Source: Gemmatimonadota bacterium (GTDB lineage Bacteria; Gemmatimonadota; Gemmatimonadetes; Gemmatimonadales; GWC2-71-9). Taken from it: a DNA stretch of 64,000 nt. Location of the stretch: the NCBI GenBank assembly GCA_003220935.1, contig QHTT01000068.1, positions 24,500 through 88,499 of the forward strand. The letters run 5' to 3'. Below are positions 32,543 to 42,019 of this stretch, one piece after another (position 1 is the first letter of the stretch; each line of letters begins with the position of its first letter). The position numbers were made by a program, and so were the translations under genes. The notes under the pieces are model-generated. The model did no database searches and was not told where the DNA came from. It saw only the letters and a list, made by a program, of their open reading frames with translations.

Positions 32543-35500
32543 CTAGACCGGTTCCATCTGGCCCAGGCGCACGCCCACGATCGTGGACACCCCCGGCTCC
32601 TGCATCGTGACGCCGTAGACGGCGTCGGCCGCCTGCATGGTGCGCGGGTTGTGAGTGATGACGATGAACTGGGTCTGATCCTTGAACTCGGCGAGCAGCC
32701 GCACGTAGCGGCCCACGTTGGCGTCGTCGAGCGGGGCGTCGACCTCGTCGAGCAGGCAGAACGGGCTCGGTTTGGTGAGGAAGATGGCGAAGAGCAGCGA
32801 CACCGCGACCAGCGTGCGCTCGCCCGAGGAGAGCAGATGGATGCGTTGCGTGCGCTTGCCGCGCGGCGCCGCGTGGATCTCGATCTCGCTCTCGAGCGGC
32901 TCGTCCTCATTGGCGAGCCGCACATCGCACTCGCCGCCGCCGAACAGCGTCTGGAAGACTGTGCGGAAGTTCTCGCGCACTTTGCCGAACGACTCCAGGA
33001 ACATTCCCTTCGCGGTCTGATCGATCTCGCGCGCCGCCTGCTGCAGGGACTGGCGCGCAGCCACCAAATCGTCGCGCTGCGTCATGAGGAACTCGAGGCG
33101 CTTCGTCTCCTCACCGTGCTCCTCGACGGCCAGTGCGTTGACCGGACCCACGGCCTCGATGGCGTCTTTGAGCCGGTCGTTCTCCTGGCGCAGCCATTCG
33201 ATGTCGCCCGGCACCTCCGGCGCGGCGGCGAGCAATTGGTCGAGCGGCTTGCGCCACTCGGCTTCGACGCGCTCCACCAGTCCACGCTTGCGCCCCAGGA
33301 TCTCGGTGCGCTCGACCTCGAGCTTGTGCTCCTCCGCGCCGAGCACATCGAGCGCTCCGCGGGCGGCGTCGAGCGCCGTCTCCGCCTCCGCGACGCGCGC
33401 CTCCGCCTGTTGTGCCTGCACTGCCGCCTCCTCGGCCGCCGCTGCGAGTGCCTCGACCGCCTGGCGGCGCTGCTTGAGCGCGTCCGCCCACTCGGCCTGC
33501 TGGGCGGTGAGGGCCGCGGTATCGCGGTCGATGGTCGCGATTTCTTCCGCGAGGGTCGTCCCCTGGTGGCGCGCTGCGTCCGCGTCGCCACCGGCCCGCG
33601 CGGCCCGCTCGCGTGCAGCGGCGAGACGCGCCTCCACCTGGGCGGCCTCGACTTGCCAGCGCACGCGCTGCTCGCGCGCGGCCTCCTGCTGTGTTTCGAG
33701 CTCCATCAGGCGCGCGCGCTCGGCCCCCAGCCGCTCGTCGAGCCGCACCCGTTCGACCTCGTGCCGCTCGAGCTCAGCGTGCAGCGCGGTAAGTCGGGCT
33801 TCGACCGCCGCCAGCCGGGTCGAGAGCCGGTCGACCTGAGCCGTCGCGTCCGCGGCCTCCCGCTGCGCGTGAGCCGCGGCGCGCTCGGCGTCGCCTTTCA
33901 GCGCGCCCGCCTCGAGCTCGTGCGCGCGGGCCCGCTCCGCCGCTGCTCCCGCCGCCGCGAGCCCGGCTTCGGCCGCGGTCAACTCCCCGAGCGTCTTATG
34001 CAACGCCTCCGCCGCGGCTACCCGGCGCCCCTCCGTCTCCCCTAACTCCTGTGTGAGCGCGTCGAGCTCGGCGCGCCGCTCGAGCGGCCCCCCGCCTGCG
34101 GCCCCGGCGCCGGCGAGGAACACCGCGCCGTTGGCGCGGCGCAGGGCGCGCCCGCCGTCGAGCACTTCGTGGCCCGCAAGCAGGGTACGCACCCATGCCG
34201 CCGCCGGGCCGTCTACCCGCAACTCGTCCGTGAGGGGATGCCCGTCGGCGGTGCGACGGGGACCGGGCGTGCACGGCAGCAGCACCAGCGGTCCCGGTTG
34301 TGCTTGCTCGTGCCAGCGGCGGATCGCCGTTACGCCGTCCTCGTCGCGCACCAGCACGGCGTGCAGCCACTCGCCGAGCAATTGCTCGGCGAGCTGCGCG
34401 TCCCGCCGGCTGGTACGCACGAAGTCCGAGAGCGGGCCCAGCACTGCGTCGCCGAACTGCGCTTTGTCCTTGAGCAGCGCTTGAGCAGCGGGCGCGAGGC
34501 CCACCCGCTCGCGCTCGAGCTCGGCAAGCGCGTCGCGTCGAGCCGTCACCTGCGCGACCGCCTCCTCCGCCTGGCGCTGGGCGGCGCGGTCATGCGTCTC
34601 CTGCTCCTTGAGCTCCGCCACGCGGCGGCGCGCGCGCTCGAGCTCCTCCGCCGCCTGCGTCGCCGCCCGCGCCTGCACCTGCGCCTCCTGTGCCCGCCCA
34701 CTCGCTTGGGCAGTCGCCGCCCACTCGGCCTCCGCCCGTGCGGCGCGCTCCCCCGACGCCTGGGCCAGCTGCTGCCCCAGCTCTACTCGCTCCCGCTCGA
34801 GCGCCGCGCGTTCTCCCTCCAATGCGCGGAACCCCTCGGCTCGGCGCTGCAGGTCCTCCTCAAGCTCGCGCACCGCCGTGCGCTGGGCGAGCAGCCGGTC
34901 GCGGACCTCTTGCTCCAGCGCCGCGCGGCCGGCCAGCTCCTGTCCGACGGATGCGAGGTCGCGCTCGGCCGCGACGCACTCGGCGGTGGCCGCACTCCGC
35001 TCCTGCTCCGCCTGGACGACGCGGGCCTCCTCTAGCCCGCGCCGCTGCCCCGCCGTCGCGCGCCGTTGCGCGGCGTTGCGCAGCCGCTCGGCGGCGAGCG
35101 CCAGGTCGCCTTCCAGCCGTCCCACCTCCAGCTTCGCGTCGGCTAGGCGCCGCTCCACCTCCGTGCGCTGCGCCTCGGCCATATGCCGTGCCTGCACCCG
35201 CGCCTCACGCTCGTGCTCCGCTGCGCCGAGCCGCCCTCGCTCCCCGGGGAGCTCGGCGGTCAGGCGTTCGGCCCGCTTGCCCAGGTCGCCTAGGGCGAGA
35301 TCGATGTCCTCGAGTTCGCGCCGCACCAGCGTCAGGGCGATCCCGAAACGCTCTTCGATCATCTTCCCGTACCGCTCTGCCTTCCCCCGCTGGCGCGCGA
35401 GCGAACGAACCTGCGTCTGCACCTCGCCGACCAAGTCTTCGAGGCGCGCCAGATCCGCCGCCGTCTCCTCGAGCCGCCGCTCGGTGCTCTCCTTCCGGTT

Positions 35501-36013
35501 GCGATACAGGCCGATCCCCGCCGCTTCCTCGAACAACGCACGGCGTTCCTCGGCCCTCTCGGAGAGCAGCGCCTCGATCATCCTCGCTTCCATCACCACC
35601 GCGGCGTCCGCGCCGAGGCCCGTGCCTCGCAGCAGGTCCTGGATGTCGCGGAGGCGGACGGACGAACGGTTGAGGAGGTATTCGCTCTGGCCTGCGCGGG
35701 ACAGTCGGCGCGTGACGACGACCTCTTGATAGGCCAGGGGGAGCGTGCCGTCGGAGTTGTCGAACACGAGCGACACTTCCGCGACGTTCACGGGCCGCCG
35801 GCCGGTCGACCCTTGGAAGATGACGTCCTCCATCTTGCCGCCGCGCAGCAGGCGGGGCGACTGCTCGCCCAGCACCCACCGCACGGCGTCGGAAATGTTC
35901 GACTTGCCGCACCCGTTGGGGCCGACGATCGCGGTGACGCCCGTTTCGAACGGCAGCTCCACCGTGCCTGCAAACGACTTGAAGCCCGACAGTTCGAGTC
36001 GGGTCAGTCTCAT
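32543..36013 (-). CDS. smc: chromosome segregation protein SMC
   Basis: Track ORF is over-extended; ATG 36013 gives MRLTRLELSGFKSFAG..GPNGCGKSNISDA (Walker A). Long Ala/Glu/Arg coiled coils and a hinge. C-terminal LSSGERTLVAVSLLFAIF (signature) and CLLDEVDAPLDD (Walker B). Confidence 0.95.
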   Translation of the reverse strand: MRLTRLELSGFKSFAGTVELPFETGVTAIVGPNGCGKSNISDAVRWVLGEQSPRLLRGGKMEDVIFQGSTGRRPVNVAEVSLVFDNSDGTLPLAYQEVVVTRRLSRAGQSEYLLNRSSVRLRDIQDLLRGTGLGADAAVVMEARMIEALLSERAEERRALFEEAAGIGLYRNRKESTERRLEETAADLARLEDLVGEVQTQVRSLARQRGKAERYGKMIEERFGIALTLVRRELEDIDLALGDLGKRAERLTAELPGERGRLGAAEHEREARVQARHMAEAQRTEVERRLADAKLEVGRLEGDLALAAERLRNAAQRRATAGQRRGLEEARVVQAEQERSAATAECVAAERDLASVGQELAGRAALEQEVRDRLLAQRTAVRELEEDLQRRAEGFRALEGERAALERERVELGQQLAQASGERAARAEAEWAATAQASGRAQEAQVQARAATQAAEELERARRRVAELKEQETHDRAAQRQAEEAVAQVTARRDALAELERERVGLAPAAQALLKDKAQFGDAVLGPLSDFVRTSRRDAQLAEQLLGEWLHAVLVRDEDGVTAIRRWHEQAQPGPLVLLPCTPGPRRTADGHPLTDELRVDGPAAAWVRTLLAGHEVLDGGRALRRANGAVFLAGAGAAGGGPLERRAELDALTQELGETEGRRVAAAEALHKTLGELTAAEAGLAAAGAAAERARAHELEAGALKGDAERAAAHAQREAADATAQVDRLSTRLAAVEARLTALHAELERHEVERVRLDERLGAERARLMELETQQEAAREQRVRWQVEAAQVEARLAAARERAARAGGDADAARHQGTTLAEEIATIDRDTAALTAQQAEWADALKQRRQAVEALAAAAEEAAVQAQQAEARVAEAETALDAARGALDVLGAEEHKLEVERTEILGRKRGLVERVEAEWRKPLDQLLAAAPEVPGDIEWLRQENDRLKDAIEAVGPVNALAVEEHGEETKRLEFLMTQRDDLVAARQSLQQAAREIDQTAKGMFLESFGKVRENFRTVFQTLFGGGECDVRLANEDEPLESEIEIHAAPRGKRTQRIHLLSSGERTLVAVSLLFAIFLTKPSPFCLLDEVDAPLDDANVGRYVRLLAEFKDQTQFIVITHNPRTMQAADAVYGVTMQEPGVSTIVGVRLGQMEPV

Positions 36014-37320
36014 GGTTTGGTCCTCGTTCGTGTCACGAGGGTGGCCGGAACGCGGGCGCGCCTGAGCTGCGCCTCGGCGAGGCTCGCCTGATCGGGGGTT
36101 TCGAACGCCCCCACCAGCAGGGTGCCCGCTGCGCCCCACGAGACCGCCGGAATACCCCGGGCGCGCAAGCGATCGGGCCGCCCCGTTTGAGCGAGCGAGA
36201 AGGAGTACGGCGCCCGCAGCAGGTCGCCCTGACCCTTCGGAGCCAGCCCGTTCGCCCACAGCGCCGCCCGCGTCGCGGCAGCGGAGTCGCGGGTCGCGAA
36301 GGCGCCGGCCAGCACGCGATACCAGACGGCCGCGCCCCCCCCTGGCCGTCCCTCGAGCGCGACCGGGGTCACGAAGGCCGGCAGGTGTTCGTCGCTCGCC
36401 AGACGATCAGCTAGGGCGAGTGCCTTGTCGACCCTGGCGTAGGCTGCGAGCTGCACGGTCCAGGGGAGCGAGTCCAGCCGGGGCGTCGGGACGGCAGTCG
36501 GCCGCACGCGCGGCGCGACGGGCGTCGGCGGGGCAGCACGGTGCTCGGCACCGCTGGCCCGGATGGACTCCCCCCCCGTGGTGAACAGCGCCCACCCTCC
36601 TGCCGCCCCCGCGACCAGCGTCGCCGCCACCAGGACGGGTCGGGTGCGGCGGTGCGCGGCTCGCCCGGGCGGATGCGGCAGCGGCAGAGGACGCGACGGC
36701 CTCGGGGGGATAGCTGCGTCGCGAGCATCTCCCGCTGGGCCCGGTGCGGGTGTCCAGTGCTCGCGTACCACGCCGACCAGGGGGATGCTGCGCTCGAGCG
36801 CGGCCGTGATCCCTTGGACGATGGAGGACTCCGGCTCGAAGCCGTCCGGCGAAAGCACGATCAGGCCGTCCGGCACGGCCGACAGGCGGGCGAGCCCGCC
36901 CGCCGAGAGATAGAGCAGCAGCAGCGCGCCCTCCACGCGGAACCCGCCGTGCAGCTTCTTCCACCGCTCGTGTCCGAACAGCTCACCCGGATGCGCCGTG
37001 TACGCGCCCGCAGCGATGAAAAAGACGTGGTCGACCTCGTGAGCCGTCTTCGTCAGCGACACGCCGTATTCGAACGCGTCGACGATGCCTTCGGTCGGCG
37101 AGAGCCCAACCACCTCGTGCAGCGTGGGGTCTTCGATCCACAGATCGACGAGCGCCACGCGGCGCCCGTGCAGCGCCGCCGCGCGCGCCACGTCCCAGGC
37201 AGCCGCCGCGGCCCACCTGAGGTCGCCGGTGGCGGGCACGAGGGCCACCAGCGCCTGCCCATCGACGAGCGGAGGGATCAGATTGTCGAGACGCGAGCGC
37301 GGGAGCGGTCGTGCGCTCAT
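36010..37320 (-). CDS. SPOR-domain protein with N-terminal degenerate BY-kinase/MinD-like P-loop fold
   Basis: The C-terminal half has two SPOR-like repeats (WTVQLAAYARVDKALALADRL..WYRVLAGAF; ..TLLVGAFETPDQASLAEAQL). The N-terminus is colinear with BY-kinase/MinD ATPases but its Walker motifs are degenerate. ATGA overlaps at both ends. Confidence 0.7.
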   Translation of the reverse strand: MSARPLPRSRLDNLIPPLVDGQALVALVPATGDLRWAAAAAWDVARAAALHGRRVALVDLWIEDPTLHEVVGLSPTEGIVDAFEYGVSLTKTAHEVDHVFFIAAGAYTAHPGELFGHERWKKLHGGFRVEGALLLLYLSAGGLARLSAVPDGLIVLSPDGFEPESSIVQGITAALERSIPLVGVVREHWTPAPGPAGDARDAAIPPRPSRPLPLPHPPGRAAHRRTRPVLVAATLVAGAAGGWALFTTGGESIRASGAEHRAAPPTPVAPRVRPTAVPTPRLDSLPWTVQLAAYARVDKALALADRLASDEHLPAFVTPVALEGRPGGGAAVWYRVLAGAFATRDSAAATRAALWANGLAPKGQGDLLRAPYSFSLAQTGRPDRLRARGIPAVSWGAAGTLLVGAFETPDQASLAEAQLRRARVPATLVTRTRTKP

Positions 37321-38744
37321 GGCGTGGGTTGGTAGATCCAGAACGGCCGGCCGAGCTTCCGCCCGATCGCCTCCGCTTGCGCGCGCGTGGGGTACGGGCC
37401 GAGCACGACGCGGTAGCCGTCATCGGGCCCCCGCGGCGGCAGCACGCGGGCGGCCAAACCGGCTCGCGTGAGCTGCTGGGCCATCTCGCCGGACCAGGCC
37501 TCATTTTGCGACGTCGACACCTGGACGTACAGCAGGCCCTCGCCCGCCACCGTATCGGCGGCCCCCCCGGGTCCCCCCCCGGCGGCTGGCTGTCCGGGCT
37601 GACCCGACTCGTCGGCGAACGCCGAGCGGTAGCTGCCGCGGGGCCGCCACGCGGTCAGTGTCCAGTGATCGGCGCCCCCGCCTTTGACGCGGCCGGTGAC
37701 GAGCAGCGAATCCGGCCGGTACGCGGCGACGTCGTCGCGCTGCCGCACCAGCAGCGAGCCATCCGGGGCGATCGCCGGCAGATCCACCCGCCACGCGGTG
37801 GCGACCGAGCCCACCAGCCGCTTCACGGGCAGGTCCACGACCCACGCCGAATCGCCGACGGTCGGGCGGGCCAACAACCAACGTCCCAGCGGATCGAGAC
37901 GCATCGTCGCGGCGGGCGTCGGCAGCGCCACGCCGTCGATCTCGGCACGCTCGTAGCGGTCGATTACGGCGAGCCCAGGCTCGGTGCGTCGCGCCACATA
38001 GATGCGGTGTCCGGAAGGGGAGAAGACAAGCGCGCGCGGGTGGTCCTCAAGCGGCACGAACGCCGCGTCGCGTCGCCCGAGCGCGTCCATCAGCAGGACA
38101 CCCGAATCGCTCGCGACGGCGATCAAGTCGCCCCAGCGCGTCGCCGCGACGTCGCCCCCCACCGGGATCGTCCGGCTCGTGGGCGGTTGATCGGCCGCGG
38201 CCGTGATCAGCTTGGGTGGATCGACCGCCACGAGGCGCTGGTCGCTGCCGCCGAACAGCTCGCGCGGCACGCCCCCCAAGGGTTGGGGCCAGGCGAACCG
38301 CACCCGCCGTGCGAGCGAGACGACACGCCGCTTGGCGTCCACCGTGTACAGCGTGCCGTCGGGGCCGAGGGCCGCCTGCACGATTCCCGTCACCACGGTG
38401 TCGACGCGGCCGCTCCCGAGATCGAGCGACAGCACGTCCTTCTTGTCGGTCATCACGAACAGGAATTCTGACTCTGGGTCGAGGCCGATTACATCTGCCA
38501 CCGCCGGCAGCTTCCCGTGGATCGCGTTGGGGATCTCGACCAGATCCGGGAGGCGGTACGCCCGCGGCGTGCCTCCGCGCGCCGCCACGCGGACCGCCAC
38601 CCCAGCGGTACGCGCGCCGCCAGTGGCCGAGCGTGTAACTGATTGTGGCGTCTTTGATTGGGACGACGGATCTACGGGCGCTCGGGACCGGCAGCCCCCG
38701 AGCGCCAGGCCGGCGAGGACGTAGCAGCACCCACGGGTAAGCAA
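37317..38744 (-). CDS. lipoprotein with repeat/beta-propeller-like region and C-terminal SPOR domain
   Basis: TTG start. Lipobox LAGLALGGC. C-terminal SPOR (LLYVQVSTSQNEAWSGEMAQQL..YRVVLGPYPTRAQAEAIGRKL). Confidence 0.7.
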   Translation of the reverse strand: MLTRGCCYVLAGLALGGCRSRAPVDPSSQSKTPQSVTRSATGGARTAGVAVRVAARGGTPRAYRLPDLVEIPNAIHGKLPAVADVIGLDPESEFLFVMTDKKDVLSLDLGSGRVDTVVTGIVQAALGPDGTLYTVDAKRRVVSLARRVRFAWPQPLGGVPRELFGGSDQRLVAVDPPKLITAAADQPPTSRTIPVGGDVAATRWGDLIAVASDSGVLLMDALGRRDAAFVPLEDHPRALVFSPSGHRIYVARRTEPGLAVIDRYERAEIDGVALPTPAATMRLDPLGRWLLARPTVGDSAWVVDLPVKRLVGSVATAWRVDLPAIAPDGSLLVRQRDDVAAYRPDSLLVTGRVKGGGADHWTLTAWRPRGSYRSAFADESGQPGQPAAGGGPGGAADTVAGEGLLYVQVSTSQNEAWSGEMAQQLTRAGLAARVLPPRGPDDGYRVVLGPYPTRAQAEAIGRKLGRPFWIYQPTP

Positions 38745-38746
38745 AT

Positions 38747-38781
38747 GGCCTCGCCGGACAAGATAGACAACCGGCGAGGCC
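38747..38781 (-). terminator. perfect 11-bp GC hairpin between the PD40-Omp85 gene and the SPOR lipoprotein gene
   Basis: GGCCTCGCCGG (38747-38757), 13-nt AT-rich loop, CCGGCGAGGCC (38771-38781). On the minus-strand RNA it is followed by AUUUGCUU, which contains the UUG start of the next gene. Confidence 0.5.
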
Positions 38782-38807
38782 AGCGCAAGTGTTTTAGCGA
38801 TACGGAG

Positions 38808-41800
38808 TTAGAACGTTGGACCCAAACTCACCGTCCAGTACGCCTTGTTGCGGAGCCGGTCCAGCGGCTTGGTGTAGTCGAACCGCAGCACCACGAACCC
38901 CAGGAAATTCACGCGAATCGAGCCCCCCCAGCTCCGCAGCGGGCTGCGAACCGTCTCCGGGTCGTCCCCGGCGTCGCGCTGCCACTTGACGATCGAGCCC
39001 GACTCCCACGCGAGCCCCATGTCGTAGAAGAGCGCCCCCTCGATGGGGGGAAGCCCCACCGGGAGGAATCCCAGGACCACACTACGAGTGAGCGGGAACC
39101 GTAACTCCACGTTCGCCACACCGATCCTCGACCCGATGAGCTCGTCCAGCTCCGAACAGCCCGTTCGGCCGGTCGTGGTAGTAGTCGAGGTCCCGCACTC
39201 GTTGTTGATTAGCGACCCTGCGGTGTAGCCCCGGATCAGCTCGGTGCTCCCGAGGAATACGGGGAACTGGTCCCCGTCCCGCCCGAAGCGGCCGAAGAAC
39301 AGCCCGCGCACCGCAAGCGTGAAGGGCCGGGCGAAGAAATAGCGTCGCCAGTCGGCGAGGCCGCCCAGGAACTGCCAGTCACCGAAGTTCGGGGAGAATT
39401 GAACGCGGTAGCGCGAGCCCGCAAACGGGCCGACGTAGCCGAACAGCGCGTTGTCGTGCACCAGCGCGAGCGACGGCGACACGTAAGTGATCGACGGGTT
39501 GTTTTTGGTCTGCAGGTCCGACTGCGCGAAAATGAAGCCGGCCTGGTCCACCAGATACTGCTGCTGGAGCACAGCGTCGGAGATGTTCACGGCGTGCATG
39601 CCGAGCTCCACGCGGCTGAACCGGCTGAACGGGTAGTACGCTTGGACGAAGCCGTCCCGGATCACGAAGCGCCGGATGCCCACAGTGAGAAGGGACGTGT
39701 CGGGTGCGACGGCCTGGATCGTGGTGGGCTGGTAGAAGTAGTACGGCTCCTGTGTGAAGCCGGTGGCCCAATTCAGCCGGTGCGCCTGGTTAATGTAGGC
39801 CGCCAGCACTTGCGCCTCCGACAGACGTCCGTTCACGGCGCCGGCGAAGACCAGGGTGTGGTTCCCCAGCAGATCCGACAGCGAGATGGCCGTACCGCCG
39901 AAGAAGCCGCGCCCAAAGTTGTCGCGCTCGTAGCCCACGGTGGGCCGCGCCACATAGTCGGGAGTGAACCGCGTGTGGTACGCCTTGAACGTGAACTCGC
40001 TCGTATCGGGCAGGGAGGTCGCCGAGTCGAGCAGCGTGCGCACCGTTACCGCGGTCGCCCCGGTCGTGGAGTCGGTCTTCGGCGGGGCGGCGCTCGAGGC
40101 GCGGAAGCCGGTGGGCGAGCGGTACACGGACGCCGCTGCGCGGGGCTGGTCGGCCAGGGTGGCCGCACCCGCTGGCGTCCCGGACCGGGTGGTGTCGCGC
40201 CGCGTTGCGGCGAGCAGCGACGTCACTGGCGGGGTCGCGGGCTCCTGGTAGGGCTGGTGCCGGAGCGAGCGGGGGTTGTCTACGCCGTACACGTTGTAGT
40301 CCCCGTCCTCGTAATAGGCGAACGCCAGCCGGTCGGCTTGGCGGGCCCACGAGAGGGCGGGCGACAGCGGCGTGATCCCGGTGACACCCGTGAAGACGTC
40401 GGTCAGCTGATACAGGTTGTGGTCGCCGAAGTCGTACAGGTAGATGTCGCTGATCCCGGTTCGGTCCGAGACGAAGGCGATCGACCTTCCGTCGGGCGCC
40501 CACACCGGGTTGATGTTCTTGCCGTGCTCCATGTGCGGGAGCACTTCAACCGCGCCGTTGTCGAGGTGGTACAGGCCGATCCGCATGTTCCCGAACCGCA
40601 GCTGCCCGAAATCGGTTCCGGGGCCCCGGTCGGTGGCGAACGCGATGGTCTTGCCGTCCGGCGACCAGGCGGGCTGGAGGTCGGCGTACTTGTCGTTGGT
40701 GAGGCGACGCAGGTCGCTGCCGTCGGCGTTGACGACGAACAGGTCAGAGAGGCCGCCGTCATACCCGGTGAACACGATCTGCTTGCCGTCGGGCGACCAC
40801 GCCGGTGTCGTCAACCCGTTCAGCGGCACGCGGATGCGGCGGACTTCCTCGTCCTTCTTGACGTCGAGGAGGACCAGGTCGTCCTTGTCCTTGTGTTTCG
40901 CCGCAATCGCGAAATAGCGCCCATCCGGCGAGAACGAGCCCGCGGAGTTGATGAAGCGCAGGCTTTCGTAGTTGTTGCTCAGGGTGGACCGGACCAGCCG
41001 ACGCTTCACGCGCCCGGTTTCCGCGTCGGCAAGGTACAGATCTACGAAGAACGAATTCCGCTCGCTGAAATACGCGATATCCCGCCCGTCCGGCGCGAGC
41101 GCCGGGGCGAGGTGGTACGTGCCGTCCGAGCGCTTCTGGGTCAGCACCGGCTGGGCGATGCGGCGGGCGCGGTAGTGCTCGGCGAGCTGCGGTAGATAGG
41201 TCGTCTGCACGGCGTCCCGCCACTCGCTCGACAGGTCGTCCAGCGACAGGCCCAGCGCCCGCTTGAATGCGGCTTCGACCCCACCCGCTGTGGACGCCTG
41301 AAGGATCTCCCCGATCACCTCGTCGCCCCATTTCTCGCCGATGTAGGCCCAAAGGGCGTGCCCGAAGCGGTAGGGGAAGATCCGCGGGTCGTAGGTGAGC
41401 TGCTCGATGGTCGGCAAGTGGCCTTCCAGCGATGCGTCGCGCAGCCACATCGAGGTGTGCGGATCGATCGGGCCGATCGAGAGGTACTCCGCCATCCCCT
41501 CCATGAACCACAGCGGTGGGTTCACGTTGATGAGCGTCTGGACGCCGGCGCCGATGCGCCCGCGGCTGAACACGTCGTACTGGAACTGGTGCACCATCTC
41601 GTGGCCGATCACGTGCTCGAGCTCGGCGTAGGAGCCGGTGAAGGGCAGGACCATGCGGTGCTTGAAGAACTCGGTGACGCCGCCCGTGCCCTCACCGATA
41701 TCGCCGCTGATCGCATTGGTCTGCTGGAAGTCCGACTGAGAGGCGTACAGGATGATCGGCTTGCGCCCCTGAAACTCGTGGTGCAGGACGCGGGACAGGC

Positions 41801-42005
41801 GCGCGTACCACCGCTCCGCCATGCGGGCTGCGTCGAGCGCCGCCGCGCGCTCGGCCGCATAGTAGTAGACCTCGAAGTGATCGGTCTGGATGATCTGGAA
41901 GTCGAAAGACCGGTATTGGACCTTGTTCTGCCCGAAGTACTGCGCTGCGAGCGGCGCCGCGCCCGCGAGCGCCAGCGCCGCCACTGCTGCTGCGATCCGT
42001 CGCAT
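38808..42005 (-). CDS. large outer-membrane protein: N-terminal HExxH (zincin-like) domain, PD40/TolB-like beta-propeller, C-terminal Omp85-type beta-barrel
   Basis: ATG 42005 gives the signal peptide MRRIAAAVAALALAGAAPLAAQ. HEMVH motif. Four PD40 signatures (FSPDGRYF, WSPDGKQIVF, WSPDGKTIAF, WAPDGRSIAF). The C-terminal barrel has LIRGY and ELRFPL motifs and a terminal ..SLGPTF. Confidence 0.8.
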   Translation of the reverse strand: MRRIAAAVAALALAGAAPLAAQYFGQNKVQYRSFDFQIIQTDHFEVYYYAAERAAALDAARMAERWYARLSRVLHHEFQGRKPIILYASQSDFQQTNAISGDIGEGTGGVTEFFKHRMVLPFTGSYAELEHVIGHEMVHQFQYDVFSRGRIGAGVQTLINVNPPLWFMEGMAEYLSIGPIDPHTSMWLRDASLEGHLPTIEQLTYDPRIFPYRFGHALWAYIGEKWGDEVIGEILQASTAGGVEAAFKRALGLSLDDLSSEWRDAVQTTYLPQLAEHYRARRIAQPVLTQKRSDGTYHLAPALAPDGRDIAYFSERNSFFVDLYLADAETGRVKRRLVRSTLSNNYESLRFINSAGSFSPDGRYFAIAAKHKDKDDLVLLDVKKDEEVRRIRVPLNGLTTPAWSPDGKQIVFTGYDGGLSDLFVVNADGSDLRRLTNDKYADLQPAWSPDGKTIAFATDRGPGTDFGQLRFGNMRIGLYHLDNGAVEVLPHMEHGKNINPVWAPDGRSIAFVSDRTGISDIYLYDFGDHNLYQLTDVFTGVTGITPLSPALSWARQADRLAFAYYEDGDYNVYGVDNPRSLRHQPYQEPATPPVTSLLAATRRDTTRSGTPAGAATLADQPRAAASVYRSPTGFRASSAAPPKTDSTTGATAVTVRTLLDSATSLPDTSEFTFKAYHTRFTPDYVARPTVGYERDNFGRGFFGGTAISLSDLLGNHTLVFAGAVNGRLSEAQVLAAYINQAHRLNWATGFTQEPYYFYQPTTIQAVAPDTSLLTVGIRRFVIRDGFVQAYYPFSRFSRVELGMHAVNISDAVLQQQYLVDQAGFIFAQSDLQTKNNPSITYVSPSLALVHDNALFGYVGPFAGSRYRVQFSPNFGDWQFLGGLADWRRYFFARPFTLAVRGLFFGRFGRDGDQFPVFLGSTELIRGYTAGSLINNECGTSTTTTTGRTGCSELDELIGSRIGVANVELRFPLTRSVVLGFLPVGLPPIEGALFYDMGLAWESGSIVKWQRDAGDDPETVRSPLRSWGGSIRVNFLGFVVLRFDYTKPLDRLRNKAYWTVSLGPTF

Positions 42006-42019
42006 GGGGATCGTCCTTT

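Noticed and set aside
36335-36342. Poly-C/G tracts of 7-8 nt in the two SPOR genes and hyuA (36335-36342, 36570-36577, 37562-37568, 37573-37580, 14703-14710) as phase-variation switches
   Set aside because: They encode Gly/Pro linker runs expected in GC-rich genomes. All are currently in frame, and a single sequence gives no evidence of length variation.
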